From positions 3,104,001 to 3,168,000 of the forward strand of contig CAXXMD010000003.1 in NCBI GenBank assembly GCA_963675755.2: a stretch of 64,000 nt of DNA. Reading direction: 5' to 3'. The notes under the pieces were generated by a model. It searched no databases. It was not told the DNA's origin and was given only the letters and a program-made list of their open reading frames with translations. Within the stretch, counting starts at the first letter, position 1, and every line of letters begins with the position of its first letter. Shown in pieces: positions 20,173 through 30,403 of this stretch. This stretch comes from a bacterium. GTDB lineage: Bacteria > Zhuqueibacterota > Zhuqueibacteria > Residuimicrobiales > Krinioviventaceae. The position numbers and the translations under genes are program-made.

Positions 20173-21135
20173 TTACATTCCTTTCTGTGATATTGAGTTG
20201 ATTAATGCCAGCTTGCCGGCAACATGACCAGTCTCAAGCAATATATGAGCATCTTTAGCCTTTTGCAAGGGGAATTCTTTTTCGATATGGATATAAATTT
20301 TTTGGTTTTCAATCAGATCGCTTATACGCTGAAGGTCGTTTGCATCGGGTTTTACCACCATGCCCACTGCTTTGCGACCCAATTCTGTTGCTTTGGCTGT
20401 AATTGTTTGCGCGGATATGGTAGGAAGGCAAACCAATAATCCATTCGTAGTCAGGCAGTCAAGCGAGCGAATGCCGGTTTCACCGCCAACAGCGTCTATT
20501 ATCAGATCCATATCATTGGCGATTTGGGTGAAATCCTCTTTTGTATAATCAATACATCGATCAACACCCAGTGAATAGAGTAAGTCGTGATGGCTTGATG
20601 ATGCTGTTGCGATTACCCGGGCATTTTGAGCTTTGGCAAACTGTACGGCAAAATGCCCAACACCACCGGCGGCTGCGTGTATCAGCACCTTTTGTCGGGA
20701 TTGCAAATGCCCTGTATTGTGCAGGGCCTGCCATGCAGTTAAGCCGGCGAGAGGAACACCGGCAGCCTGAGACCATGAAATTTTAGATGGTTTGAAAGTA
20801 ATTTCATTTGGATACACCATAACGTAATCTGCATATGCACCAGCCCGGTCCAGTGCGATCATCCCCAAAACCTCATCACCTGGTTTGAATTCGGAAATGG
20901 TATCTCCGCACTGTTCAACGGTGCCTGCCAGGTCGTATCCGGGTGTCCAGGGGAGGTGGTCTTTGATTTTTTGCGCCATGAAACCCAGTCCCTTGCGTGT
21001 TTTCCAGTCTATGGGATTGATACCCGCAGCACGGACTTTGATCAATATTTGATCGTTATCGATTTTCGGTTTTTCTACATCCCGGTATTCAAGAACAGAT
21101 GGAGGTCCAAATGCTGTAATTTGTATGGCTTTCAT
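20173..21135 (-). CDS. NADP-dependent oxidoreductase (MDR/quinone reductase-like)
   Basis: GINPIDWK, GYDLAG and LIHAAAGGVG motifs. Confidence 0.9.
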   Translation of the reverse strand: MKAIQITAFGPPSVLEYRDVEKPKIDNDQILIKVRAAGINPIDWKTRKGLGFMAQKIKDHLPWTPGYDLAGTVEQCGDTISEFKPGDEVLGMIALDRAGAYADYVMVYPNEITFKPSKISWSQAAGVPLAGLTAWQALHNTGHLQSRQKVLIHAAAGGVGHFAVQFAKAQNARVIATASSSHHDLLYSLGVDRCIDYTKEDFTQIANDMDLIIDAVGGETGIRSLDCLTTNGLLVCLPTISAQTITAKATELGRKAVGMVVKPDANDLQRISDLIENQKIYIHIEKEFPLQKAKDAHILLETGHVAGKLALINSISQKGM

Positions 21136-21142
21136 TATTTCC

Positions 21143-23290
21143 TTATTTTAATAACAGACACTTTTTTATATCAATAGCAGTCTCTGTTTCGAGTTTATAA
21201 AAATATACACCGCTTGGTAAATTCTCTGCATTCAAGGTCAACTTGTGATTTCCCGGGGATTGTACCCCGTTGTATAATTTTTGTACCAGTTGTCCGTTTG
21301 TGTTATATAGATCAAGTGTAACGAACTGTTGTTGCTTTAAATCATATTCAATAACCGTCTCAGGGTTAAAGGGATTGGGATAGTTTTGTTTTAAATGGAA
21401 ATTTTGGGGAACAGTTTCCAAATGATCTAATGCAATAACAGTTGTTGGATCATATTGTACAAAGCTGAGACCAATTTCCATATTGAGTATTCCTATTATA
21501 TCATCACCTATTGCTACGCGTCTTGATCCATCCAGCGTTTCAAATGTACCTAGTGTTTCAAGGTTATAAATGTCTTGAATATCTAATATGTCTAATGCAC
21601 TAGATGAACTTGCTGCATAAAGGGTATTGTTGATTATGTCCATGTCAAAAATATAATTTCTGTAACTGATAGCATGAGATTCAGTTATTGCTGCAGGATT
21701 AGAGATATCAATATATCGGACATAACGTGAATAGTCATAAGTGATTAAATAATTATTAAAAAAGGTGAGTGCTGATAGCCGACTGGGAGTTAAGAATGAA
21801 TCCATTTTTACCGGATTCATAAAATCAGTCAGATCATACAGGTATGTTCCGTATTGATCTTCATGGGTTGCCAGATAGGGGGCAGAATATACGAATTCTT
21901 CTGCTTCATTGCTGGTAGTGAAGGAACTGACCTCCGCAGGTGCTGTGGGATCAGAAATGTCGATTATACGAATGTGTTTGTCAAAAGTTGCCAATATGAT
22001 TTTATCATTTTCTACATGTAAATATTCACAGGAATAGGATGAATCCAATTTCCCAATAACCTGTGGATTTTGTTTGTCTGTTGTGTTTAGAATATATAAT
22101 CCGGCATAACCCATTGCAATATAAACCGTATCATTTTTTACTTCAAGATCCGTTGCGTAACATTGGTCCTGGCGCCAGGTAGATAATAGTTGAGGATCTG
22201 ACGGATTTGTTATATCGATAATTCGTAAACCATGATGTGAATTGGCTATATATGCGTAATTGCCTTCTAATTCAATTTCCTGTAATCTGCCACCCGGTTC
22301 AATTATAGAGGGTGTCATGGTGCCCATTTCCGCTTCCGGATCGAATTCGAACAGATACACATCTCCACCATTGTCTGCTATAATCACTTTGTCAGATGAA
22401 GCAGTTACATAAAATGTGTTATCTGGTGTATAGTAATAATTTACCATTTCACAATTATGAGGATCAGAGATATCCCATATATCCAGCCCATTTGTGCTGG
22501 AAACGATAGATATGTAATCATCATGTATAATTATTTCCTGTACAACGCTGCCGGTATCCATTGTATCAATAATAACCGGATTTTCAATATCTGTTATATC
22601 ATAAACAAATACATATCCTCCGCAACCCGTGTAAAGAAAATTGTCTTTAACATCAACAGCATTATTTTTCCCATCCAGAGGAATGTTGAGCATCTCAAAC
22701 ATATTTGCAGGATCTGCAATATTGTATATTGTAGTTCCATCATTATAACCGGTAGTGAAACAATAATCTCCGTCTATATGAAAATCCTGGCAATAATGTG
22801 CATTTAATTCCGAGATCAATGTGGGCTCACTTTTATTGCTAATGTCCAGAGCGGTTATATTGCTTGTAATAAGAAAAATAACATTGTCTTTAACATAAAG
22901 ATCCTGTACTTGAAAGTCTTGATTGTTACCCGGGTATCTGGATAGTTCTGTAGGATTTGTGAGATCCGAAATATCTAAAATGATCACCCCTTCATTATAG
23001 CTTCCAATAAATGCGGTTTGGTCCTGAACATCTATAACCTGAATTAATCCTTTTGTAGTAAACTCGGAAACAAGAACCGGATTTTGGATGTCTGAAATAT
23101 CATAAACTTGAAAGGTCTTTCCATTTCCCATGAATAGAGTGTTACCTGATGCATATACTGCTTTACATATGCCATATGGCCATTCACCTAATAATGTACA
23201 ATTTAAATTATCCTGTGGAGTTGCTGATACGCGATCTGAAATACCTGATATAAACAAAACAATGAGTATCAAGAAAATATGATGTTTCAT
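21143..23290 (-). CDS. Secreted LVIVD-repeat beta-propeller protein with T9SS-like C-terminal domain
   Basis: Many GLRIIDITNPSDP-like repeats; QNYPNPFNP C-terminal domain. Confidence 0.85.
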   Translation of the reverse strand: MKHHIFLILIVLFISGISDRVSATPQDNLNCTLLGEWPYGICKAVYASGNTLFMGNGKTFQVYDISDIQNPVLVSEFTTKGLIQVIDVQDQTAFIGSYNEGVIILDISDLTNPTELSRYPGNNQDFQVQDLYVKDNVIFLITSNITALDISNKSEPTLISELNAHYCQDFHIDGDYCFTTGYNDGTTIYNIADPANMFEMLNIPLDGKNNAVDVKDNFLYTGCGGYVFVYDITDIENPVIIDTMDTGSVVQEIIIHDDYISIVSSTNGLDIWDISDPHNCEMVNYYYTPDNTFYVTASSDKVIIADNGGDVYLFEFDPEAEMGTMTPSIIEPGGRLQEIELEGNYAYIANSHHGLRIIDITNPSDPQLLSTWRQDQCYATDLEVKNDTVYIAMGYAGLYILNTTDKQNPQVIGKLDSSYSCEYLHVENDKIILATFDKHIRIIDISDPTAPAEVSSFTTSNEAEEFVYSAPYLATHEDQYGTYLYDLTDFMNPVKMDSFLTPSRLSALTFFNNYLITYDYSRYVRYIDISNPAAITESHAISYRNYIFDMDIINNTLYAASSSSALDILDIQDIYNLETLGTFETLDGSRRVAIGDDIIGILNMEIGLSFVQYDPTTVIALDHLETVPQNFHLKQNYPNPFNPETVIEYDLKQQQFVTLDLYNTNGQLVQKLYNGVQSPGNHKLTLNAENLPSGVYFYKLETETAIDIKKCLLLK

Positions 23291-23356
23291 AACTTGCCCC
23301 TTTTGTTTTATAATACAGTATTAATACAATATACGTATTACTGGTGCAGAGTCAAG

Positions 23357-23390
23357 AAAAAACTGATCTAATTATTAATTAGATCAGTTT
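23357..23390 (-). terminator. Intrinsic terminator after GH16 gene
   Basis: AAACTGATCTAATT...AATTAGATCAGTTT with an A run on + (U tail on -). Confidence 0.7.
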
Positions 23391-23421
23391 GAATTTTATG
23401 AAAAAAAGTGAATATTGAGGA

Positions 23422-24210
23422 CTATTTGTCTTTTTGATAGACTCTTACATAATCTATATAATATTTTTGAGGGAAAATAGCGTCATCAATACCTTCGCGT
23501 CCGCCCCATGAACCGCCAATAGCAAGATTCAGCAACAGATATTGAGGTTTATCAAATGGCCAGGTTTTCCAGTCTCCCTTGCCATCATTTTCATAGGTGA
23601 ACAGGGTGTCATCATCAACAAAGAATGCCAGCTTTTCAGGCGTCCATTCAAGCGTATATGTATAAAATTGATCATAAGGAGTGGAATATACTTTACGGTT
23701 GCCCTTGCCGGTGCCAATTGTATGATTGTTTGTTTTGGTATGAACATTGGCGTGGATATTTTCGGGAGCATAACCCACGTTTTCCATGATATCGATCTCG
23801 CCGCAACCTGGCCAGCCGACAAATGTACGGTTTGTGCCCAGCATCCAGATGGCGGGCCAGGTGCCTTTACCGGTGGGGAGTTTGGCCCTGATCTCGAACC
23901 GACCATAGGTCCATGATTGGGTATAGCGGGTGTTGATACTTGCCGAGGTATATTCCATATCTTTGAACGGCTCTTTATGGGCTTCAATTACCAGAAAACC
24001 ATCCTCAACCCTTGCGTTTTTCAGACGGTGCTTGGTATAGTACTGTTTTTCCTGGTTGCGAACGTATCCTGATTCATAATTCCATTTTGCGGGATCAGGC
24101 AGCCCTTTGTAATCAAATTCATCACTCCAGACGAGCTTCCAGTCCTGAGCAAAGGAGGGGAGTATTGAACAAAATAATAAAAAGACCAGGAAATATTTAA
24201 CAATTTTCAT
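23422..24210 (-). CDS. Secreted GH16 (laminarinase-like) glycoside hydrolase
   Basis: LVWSDEF; WPAIWMLG...WP.CGEIDIME catalytic motif. Confidence 0.93.
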   Translation of the reverse strand: MKIVKYFLVFLLFCSILPSFAQDWKLVWSDEFDYKGLPDPAKWNYESGYVRNQEKQYYTKHRLKNARVEDGFLVIEAHKEPFKDMEYTSASINTRYTQSWTYGRFEIRAKLPTGKGTWPAIWMLGTNRTFVGWPGCGEIDIMENVGYAPENIHANVHTKTNNHTIGTGKGNRKVYSTPYDQFYTYTLEWTPEKLAFFVDDDTLFTYENDGKGDWKTWPFDKPQYLLLNLAIGGSWGGREGIDDAIFPQKYYIDYVRVYQKDK

Positions 24211-24798
24211 CTAAACTCCTCTGAATTTGGGAAGGATGTTTTGTTCAATATAAAAGACAACTTTATCTCTTGTGGGGAAAAATAGATAGACAAAGATAAA
24301 AAAGAAGATAGAAGGAAAAAGTAGAAACCAATAAACATTCATTTCCTGCATTAAATCCGCAAATACACCCGTTAAAAAACTGGTTATACCTAATAGTGCT
24401 ATACCTTCGAGTATAGCCAATTTGATAATCATGAGAGTACGATACTGAACAAGCAGGATTTCAACAGGATTTTCTACTTTTTTCCCCTGAGTATCTCTGA
24501 AACCTTGTTTATGGATTTTAGCTATTCTGCCGGGTGAAAGAAGGATTTTGTGAATAGAGAATACAAGCGGGTAACCTATTATCATTAGCGCAAATACCAT
24601 TATTAGGAAAATATTCAGCACATTATAGTCTGCACCGCCTGTTCCGCTGTTGCTGCCAAAGTAATTTAGATACATGGTAGCAATTAAAAGAATGAGTACA
24701 CCCATTACCATAGCTATATTGATTGTTTTCATTTGACGAGTTTCAATATCTGAGATTTTCTGTTCAACCTGGATTGTAGATATGTTTGTGAAATCCAT
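24211..24798 (-). CDS. Hypothetical membrane protein (4 TM)
   Basis: GGAGG RBS; hydrophobic segments; abuts the GH16 start. Confidence 0.75.
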   Translation of the reverse strand: MDFTNISTIQVEQKISDIETRQMKTINIAMVMGVLILLIATMYLNYFGSNSGTGGADYNVLNIFLIMVFALMIIGYPLVFSIHKILLSPGRIAKIHKQGFRDTQGKKVENPVEILLVQYRTLMIIKLAILEGIALLGITSFLTGVFADLMQEMNVYWFLLFPSIFFFIFVYLFFPTRDKVVFYIEQNILPKFRGV

Positions 24799-24826
24799 TT
24801 TGGCCCCTCCAAATTGATAAATAATG

Positions 24827-24850
24827 GGGGCTGTTTTTTTTAACAGCCCC
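24827..24850 (-). terminator. Hairpin after sugar porter
   Basis: GGGGCTGTT...AACAGCCCC. Confidence 0.6.
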
Positions 24851-24863
24851 TGAATTGTTAAAT

Positions 24864-26201
24864 TTAAACGATCCCCAGTTCTTTTTGAATTTGTTCAAGT
24901 GATTTGCCTTTGGTTTCGGGCAGCCATTTCCAGACCATAAAGAATTGTAATATCATCATCAGGCTGAAAAAGATAAAGGCACCGCCACCGCCAATGCCGG
25001 GCAGATTGGCAATCACTGGAAATGTCCAGGATACCAGGGCAGCTCCTACCCAGTGAGTAAAGCTTCCCAGTGCCTGTCCTTTAGCGCGTACCATGTTGGG
25101 GAAAATCTCGGCCAGAAAAACCCAGATAACTGCACCCTGTGAAAAGGCGAAAAAGGCAATATAACCGATCAAATATACCAGAACTGCATATCCGTTAAAG
25201 GATTTCAGAATGAATGCTCGTCCCACCATACCCATAAAAAAGGTTAGACCTACAGATCCAATTAAAAGCAGTGTTTTGCGACCAAATTTGTCAATCACAG
25301 TCATGGCTATAATTGTAAAGATTAAATTGGTTGCACCTACTGCAACGGTTTGTAGTAATGCAGTATCAGATGCCAGTCCGGTCATTTCAAAAATGCGGGG
25401 AGCATAATACATGATTACGTTTATACCGGAAAGCTGGTTAAAAGCTGCAACCATAATAGCCAACAGAATTGGTTTTTTGAATTTGGGTGAAAATAGTTTT
25501 TCCTTGGCGCTATTGAGTTCAATTTTTAAGGATGCTTCAATTTCATCCAATTCCTGTTCTACATTGTCTTCACCAATTTTAAGCAAAACTGTTTTTGCTT
25601 CTTCACGTCTGCCTTGTTTCATAAGCCAGCGTGGACTGAAAGGAATGAAAAACAGTAAAATGAAAAACAAAACTGCCGGCAGGGTTTCTACACCCAGCAT
25701 CCAGCGCCAGGCATCAGTTTGAATTGAACCGGCAATAAGAAAATTTGAAAAATAGGCAACCAGAATACCAATAACAATATTGAATTGACTGACGGCTACC
25801 AGGCGTCCACGTAACCGTGCAGGAGAGATTTCAGCAATATACATTGGCGCCATAACAGAAGATCCACCAACGGCCAAACCACCGATAAAGCGAAAAAATA
25901 ACAGTGAAAACCAGTCCCATGCAAACGCACATCCCATTGCTGATACTGCATACAGAACTGCAAGAATAACCAGTACCCGTTTACGACCGAATGCATCGCC
26001 CGGTTTACCCACAACAATTGAACCAATAATGGTACCGATCAAAGCCACTGCCACTGTAAAACCCAACCAAAATTCATTCAGATTGAACACTGTTTCCAGG
26101 GCGCTGGTAGTGCCTGAAATAACTGCGGTATCAAATCCGAATAAAAAACCCCCTAATGCTGCAACAACAGTACATCCTATCACAAACATTTTGCTTTTCA
26201 T
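24864..26201 (-). CDS. Sugar porter family MFS transporter
   Basis: GGFLFGFDTAVISG, EISPARLRG, NQLSGIN and PETKGKSLE motifs. Confidence 0.95.
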   Translation of the reverse strand: MKSKMFVIGCTVVAALGGFLFGFDTAVISGTTSALETVFNLNEFWLGFTVAVALIGTIIGSIVVGKPGDAFGRKRVLVILAVLYAVSAMGCAFAWDWFSLLFFRFIGGLAVGGSSVMAPMYIAEISPARLRGRLVAVSQFNIVIGILVAYFSNFLIAGSIQTDAWRWMLGVETLPAVLFFILLFFIPFSPRWLMKQGRREEAKTVLLKIGEDNVEQELDEIEASLKIELNSAKEKLFSPKFKKPILLAIMVAAFNQLSGINVIMYYAPRIFEMTGLASDTALLQTVAVGATNLIFTIIAMTVIDKFGRKTLLLIGSVGLTFFMGMVGRAFILKSFNGYAVLVYLIGYIAFFAFSQGAVIWVFLAEIFPNMVRAKGQALGSFTHWVGAALVSWTFPVIANLPGIGGGGAFIFFSLMMILQFFMVWKWLPETKGKSLEQIQKELGIV

Positions 26202-26446
26202 TTTCGTCCTCTTTTTCCAATGTGATTGATATGTACAGAATTTAATAAATTTTATTTACTATGCAATATTTTATAATTTTTAGGATTTTTAATTTATATC
26301 AAATTATAGTATATTCTAAAACCAGTTGATAGTGTATGGTATGAGTATTCGTTACCGGGGTAACGCATCTGGGAATGTGGATTTTATAAAAGGTGTTTTA
26401 AAATTTTTATCTATAATTGAATGTATTCGTTTTATTGGAGATATTA

Positions 26447-28786
26447 ATGCGCAATATTTTGATTGTGCTCTTTTTATTTTGGGTTGTTCAGGGTCTTGCG
26501 CAAACTGCAGGAACGGTCAGCGGTTTTGCGTATGATGACGATACCGGAGAGGCTTTAATTGGTGCAAATGTCTTTATAGAGGATTCTCGTATTGGATCTT
26601 CAACAAATACAATGGGATTTTTCTCTATCCCTAAAATACCAGTAGGGCAGTATAATCTTGTTTGTCAGTATATGGGGTACAAATCAGAACAACAAAAATT
26701 AATTATCAAACCTAATGGTAAAGTTGAATTAATTTTCAGGCTCGAACCCACTACTATTTATACAGAAACGGTTTCGGTGGTTGCAGATTCGGTAAGAACC
26801 AGTGTGAAATTGTATCGCCAGCCCATATCCAAGATTACCATGTCTCCGCGGGAGATTCAACACATTCCGCAGGTTGTAGAAACGGACCTGCTGCGTTCGT
26901 TACAAACCATGCCGGGAATTGCATCGGTTTCGGATTTTTCTTCAGAACTATATGTACGCGGAGGAACGCCGGATCAGAATTTATATTTAATTGATGGTAC
27001 AGATGTTTACAATCCTGAACATTTATTCGGACTGTTTTCTACTTTTAATACCGATGCTATTAAAAATGTAGAACTGTCAAAGGGTGGTTTTGGCGCCGAG
27101 TATGGCGGTCGATTATCCTCCGTATTGGATGTTACCAATCTTGATGGAAACCGGCGTGAATATACCGGCAAGACCAGCATCAGTATCTTGTCTGCAAAAA
27201 CCACAATGCAGGTCCCTCTGGGCAGGTATGGCGCATTATCTGGCTCTATCCGCAGGACTTATTTTGATAAAACCATCGCCAAGCTGGATGCGTTTAAAGA
27301 TGAGAATATTCCGGATTATTATTTTTACGACGGCCATCTCAAAGCATATCTGGATCTGGGAGCTCATGACAAACTGACCCTGAGTACTTATAAGGGGCAG
27401 GATAATATGGATTTTGTGTTTGATAAAGATAATCCCAATTCTCAATCCATGATGTATAAATGGGGAAATACAACAGCCAGTGTCAGATGGACCCATATTT
27501 TCTCTTCCCAATTGTTTGGGAATTTCTGGTTCACCAGCAGCAGCTTTGATTCGGGATTTGAGCTGGGTGATGATATGAATGAAACCAATACCATTGATGA
27601 CCGCACATTAAAAGGGAATCTGGAGTATTTTTATTCCGGCAGGTTGAGCTTTAAGCTGGGTTATGAATACAAAGATTTATCAGGTAAATTTGTCTCAAAA
27701 TTTCCCGGTAATGAAGTAAATATTCAACAAAAACCGGTCCATTTTGCAGCCTATTGGCAGGCTGAATGGAAGCCTACTCCACTCATGGAAGTTCAACTCG
27801 GGTATCGTTATAATTCTTCATATAATAAAGTTACTCGGCACGATCATGATCCTCGTGCAAGTTTCAAGTATCGTTTGAATGAAACATTGAATCTGAAAGC
27901 CGCTGCCGGGCGGTATCATCAATACCTGTTTCGCGTTCCACGGGTGTTTATAGCGGATATCTGGTCGGTTTCTGACGAGTATTATGATGATGCCAAATCC
28001 AATCACTATATTTTGGGTCTGCAAAAAGAAGTGGCTGGAAATTACGAGTTTGAAGTTGAAAGTTATTACAAAGATTATGCAAACCTCTATATCTTTGATC
28101 CGTTTTTCTGGGTGGAAACACAGCATGCCCAATATAATGATAAAGGTGAACCCTTGTACACCAATACCAAAGACATGTATGATGTTGGTACAGGGCGTGC
28201 TTTTGGTTTGGAAATGATATTACGCAAAAACAGCGGACCGGTAACCGGGTGGATCGCATATACCCTGGGTCGAGTTGAAAATACGGTTACGGATTTGAAT
28301 GGCGGTAATGAATATGTTCCACGTCATGATCGTACACATACATTAAATATGGTCAGCACTATGGACGTGAAAAATGCCATACGGGCGTTTAGGGGCGTAC
28401 CGGCAAAAGATGATAAGGCAAAATGGCGTTTGGGTTTCGGATTTGTCTATGCAACCGGTCAGCCCATAACAACAACCAGTTCTGTGTATGTTACCAACCA
28501 GCTCCCTGATCAAAATGTGTATTTGGGTTACAATTTGTATCCTACCAGTCGAAATAATTTTAGATTGCCGCCTTATATACGTTTGGACCTGAGTTTAACA
28601 TATTCGCGAAAATTCAAGCATACTACATTTGAACCCTATCTACAGGTTTTTAATGCTTTGAACCGGAGGAATGTCTGGTTTATTCGATATGAAGACGAGA
28701 TTAACAATGGCATGATCATGCAGAATGTTGACACACAGGGTATGTTACCTGTATTACCGTCTATTGGTTTTAATCTGCTATTCTGA
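26447..28786 (+). CDS. TonB-dependent receptor with N-terminal carboxypeptidase-regulatory-like domain
   Basis: ATG 26447 after GGAG; TGEALIGANV; plug YVRGG.PDQNL; KGGFGAEYGGRLSS; C-terminal Phe. Confidence 0.9.
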   Translation: MRNILIVLFLFWVVQGLAQTAGTVSGFAYDDDTGEALIGANVFIEDSRIGSSTNTMGFFSIPKIPVGQYNLVCQYMGYKSEQQKLIIKPNGKVELIFRLEPTTIYTETVSVVADSVRTSVKLYRQPISKITMSPREIQHIPQVVETDLLRSLQTMPGIASVSDFSSELYVRGGTPDQNLYLIDGTDVYNPEHLFGLFSTFNTDAIKNVELSKGGFGAEYGGRLSSVLDVTNLDGNRREYTGKTSISILSAKTTMQVPLGRYGALSGSIRRTYFDKTIAKLDAFKDENIPDYYFYDGHLKAYLDLGAHDKLTLSTYKGQDNMDFVFDKDNPNSQSMMYKWGNTTASVRWTHIFSSQLFGNFWFTSSSFDSGFELGDDMNETNTIDDRTLKGNLEYFYSGRLSFKLGYEYKDLSGKFVSKFPGNEVNIQQKPVHFAAYWQAEWKPTPLMEVQLGYRYNSSYNKVTRHDHDPRASFKYRLNETLNLKAAAGRYHQYLFRVPRVFIADIWSVSDEYYDDAKSNHYILGLQKEVAGNYEFEVESYYKDYANLYIFDPFFWVETQHAQYNDKGEPLYTNTKDMYDVGTGRAFGLEMILRKNSGPVTGWIAYTLGRVENTVTDLNGGNEYVPRHDRTHTLNMVSTMDVKNAIRAFRGVPAKDDKAKWRLGFGFVYATGQPITTTSSVYVTNQLPDQNVYLGYNLYPTSRNNFRLPPYIRLDLSLTYSRKFKHTTFEPYLQVFNALNRRNVWFIRYEDEINNGMIMQNVDTQGMLPVLPSIGFNLLF

Positions 28787-28802
28787 TTTTGAGGAGATCA
28801 TT

Positions 28803-29720
28803 GTGAAATATATATATATTAATATTCTCATTTTATTTTTACTATTGTCCGCTTGCGGCAAAGTTTCTGTGGATGTGGATGAATCAACGTATGAACCCAA
28901 GATTGTGGTAGAGGGATATATCTATCCCGGACAGTCGCCCGCAAAGATTATTCTAACCCGGAATTATCCCTTGAATACGGAAATTGATTTGGGAGCTTTT
29001 TACATTACAGATGCAAATGTATCCATTACGGATATGAAAAGTGATGAAACATTTGATCTGGATTATGATGCGTTTTCTTTTTCATACAAATACAAGGGTA
29101 ATGATTTTGTAATTGATTATAATCGTTCTTATAGAATCAATTTGAAAGCAACAATTGATGGAAAAGAACTGACCGCATCTTGTGTTACAACCACACCTGC
29201 GGATGGCTTTGATATTGTTTCTGATGAATCTTTGCTGGGCACACAAAAATATACAACAGCCGTAGAGAATGGTACAAAATTCAATTTAAAGTTTAAACGT
29301 TCACCCACAGTAGATTCTTATATCACTTCTATTGTTGCGCTTGATGCATCGTTTAATAACTTTATTGAAGATAATATTATGGGTTTATCACGTTCGGATT
29401 TTGCAGATACAACAGATTCCGACGACTTGAGATACTTTAACTATATCAAAAACCAGTCCCAATGGACACAAACGCGCTTGGGCGGGGGAGACGATTTGTC
29501 TGCTATGGATATTGAATGGTATTCTACCTGGTTCTATGGCACCTATCGGGTCATTATGTATTGCGCGGATGAGAACATGACAGAATATTATCTTACTCAC
29601 AGTACGATACAGGAAGTAGATGGGAATTTACTGGAACCGAAATTCCATTTTGAGGGAGATGCTATTGGCGTGTTTGGATCGGCAATTCCGGATACGGTAT
29701 ATTTTGTGATAATTGATTAA
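28803..29720 (+). CDS. DUF4249-like lipoprotein partner of the TonB-dependent receptor
   Basis: GTG 28803 after GAGGAG; lipobox LSAC; KIVVEGYI and AIGVFGS motifs. Confidence 0.8.
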   Translation: MKYIYINILILFLLLSACGKVSVDVDESTYEPKIVVEGYIYPGQSPAKIILTRNYPLNTEIDLGAFYITDANVSITDMKSDETFDLDYDAFSFSYKYKGNDFVIDYNRSYRINLKATIDGKELTASCVTTTPADGFDIVSDESLLGTQKYTTAVENGTKFNLKFKRSPTVDSYITSIVALDASFNNFIEDNIMGLSRSDFADTTDSDDLRYFNYIKNQSQWTQTRLGGGDDLSAMDIEWYSTWFYGTYRVIMYCADENMTEYYLTHSTIQEVDGNLLEPKFHFEGDAIGVFGSAIPDTVYFVIID

Positions 29721-29725
29721 CTGGA

Positions 29726-30403
29726 TCAAGTTGGTAATTCTTGTAAATGTTGTAGCTTTTCTAACCATTTGTTCAAGTAGTAACATTCATTTTTCATTCT
29801 GACCAAACTGATTTCTTGGGAGATCAATGGGCCATGATATGTCTTTTTGTAATGTGGGAAAATTGACTCTATCCTTTTTGATGGTGCTGTTTGCGGTCCG
29901 TCATTTATTTTTTCCGGTGAGTCAAAGTCGCTGCGAATTTGTTCAAGTTGCCTAGTTTGGCTTGGAGTAGCTTCTAACTCCCGAGCAATTATTTGAGGTT
30001 CAGTAAAAAGGTAGCCTTCAAATTCATGGACCATCAGGTTTGGGATGAATCTGGGATTGTTTATATCATTTTCCAGTTCTCGAAAAAGAGTGTCAACTTT
30101 AGTTTCCAAATCTGGATTGAGAGTCGATATGCCGGGGAAATCATTTGGTAGTCCATATAAATCCAGTAATGTGGTACAATATGCAGACTGGTCATTCAAA
30201 CATCTGACAATTTCTTTTCTGATATTAGTTTGGTAACCCGTTCTCGGATTAAAGCCGCCTTTACCCTTGCGTCCCAGTTGACGATTTGTAACTGTTAATC
30301 GTGGATAAAAAAATATATTGTAGTGATTAAATTCAGGAATTAGAACTCTTTTAACAAATGCTTCTTCAGTTTCACCTTCTACTACCACATTGATTCTGAC
30401 CAT
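29726..30403 (-). CDS. DUF4276-family (TOPRIM-like) protein
   Basis: ATG 30403 overlaps the ATPase stop (TAATG); VVEGETEE.FV, LDLYGLP.DFPG, HEFE and PE.IND...TAPSKRI motifs. Confidence 0.85.
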   Translation of the reverse strand: MVRINVVVEGETEEAFVKRVLIPEFNHYNIFFYPRLTVTNRQLGRKGKGGFNPRTGYQTNIRKEIVRCLNDQSAYCTTLLDLYGLPNDFPGISTLNPDLETKVDTLFRELENDINNPRFIPNLMVHEFEGYLFTEPQIIARELEATPSQTRQLEQIRSDFDSPEKINDGPQTAPSKRIESIFPHYKKTYHGPLISQEISLVRMKNECYYLNKWLEKLQHLQELPT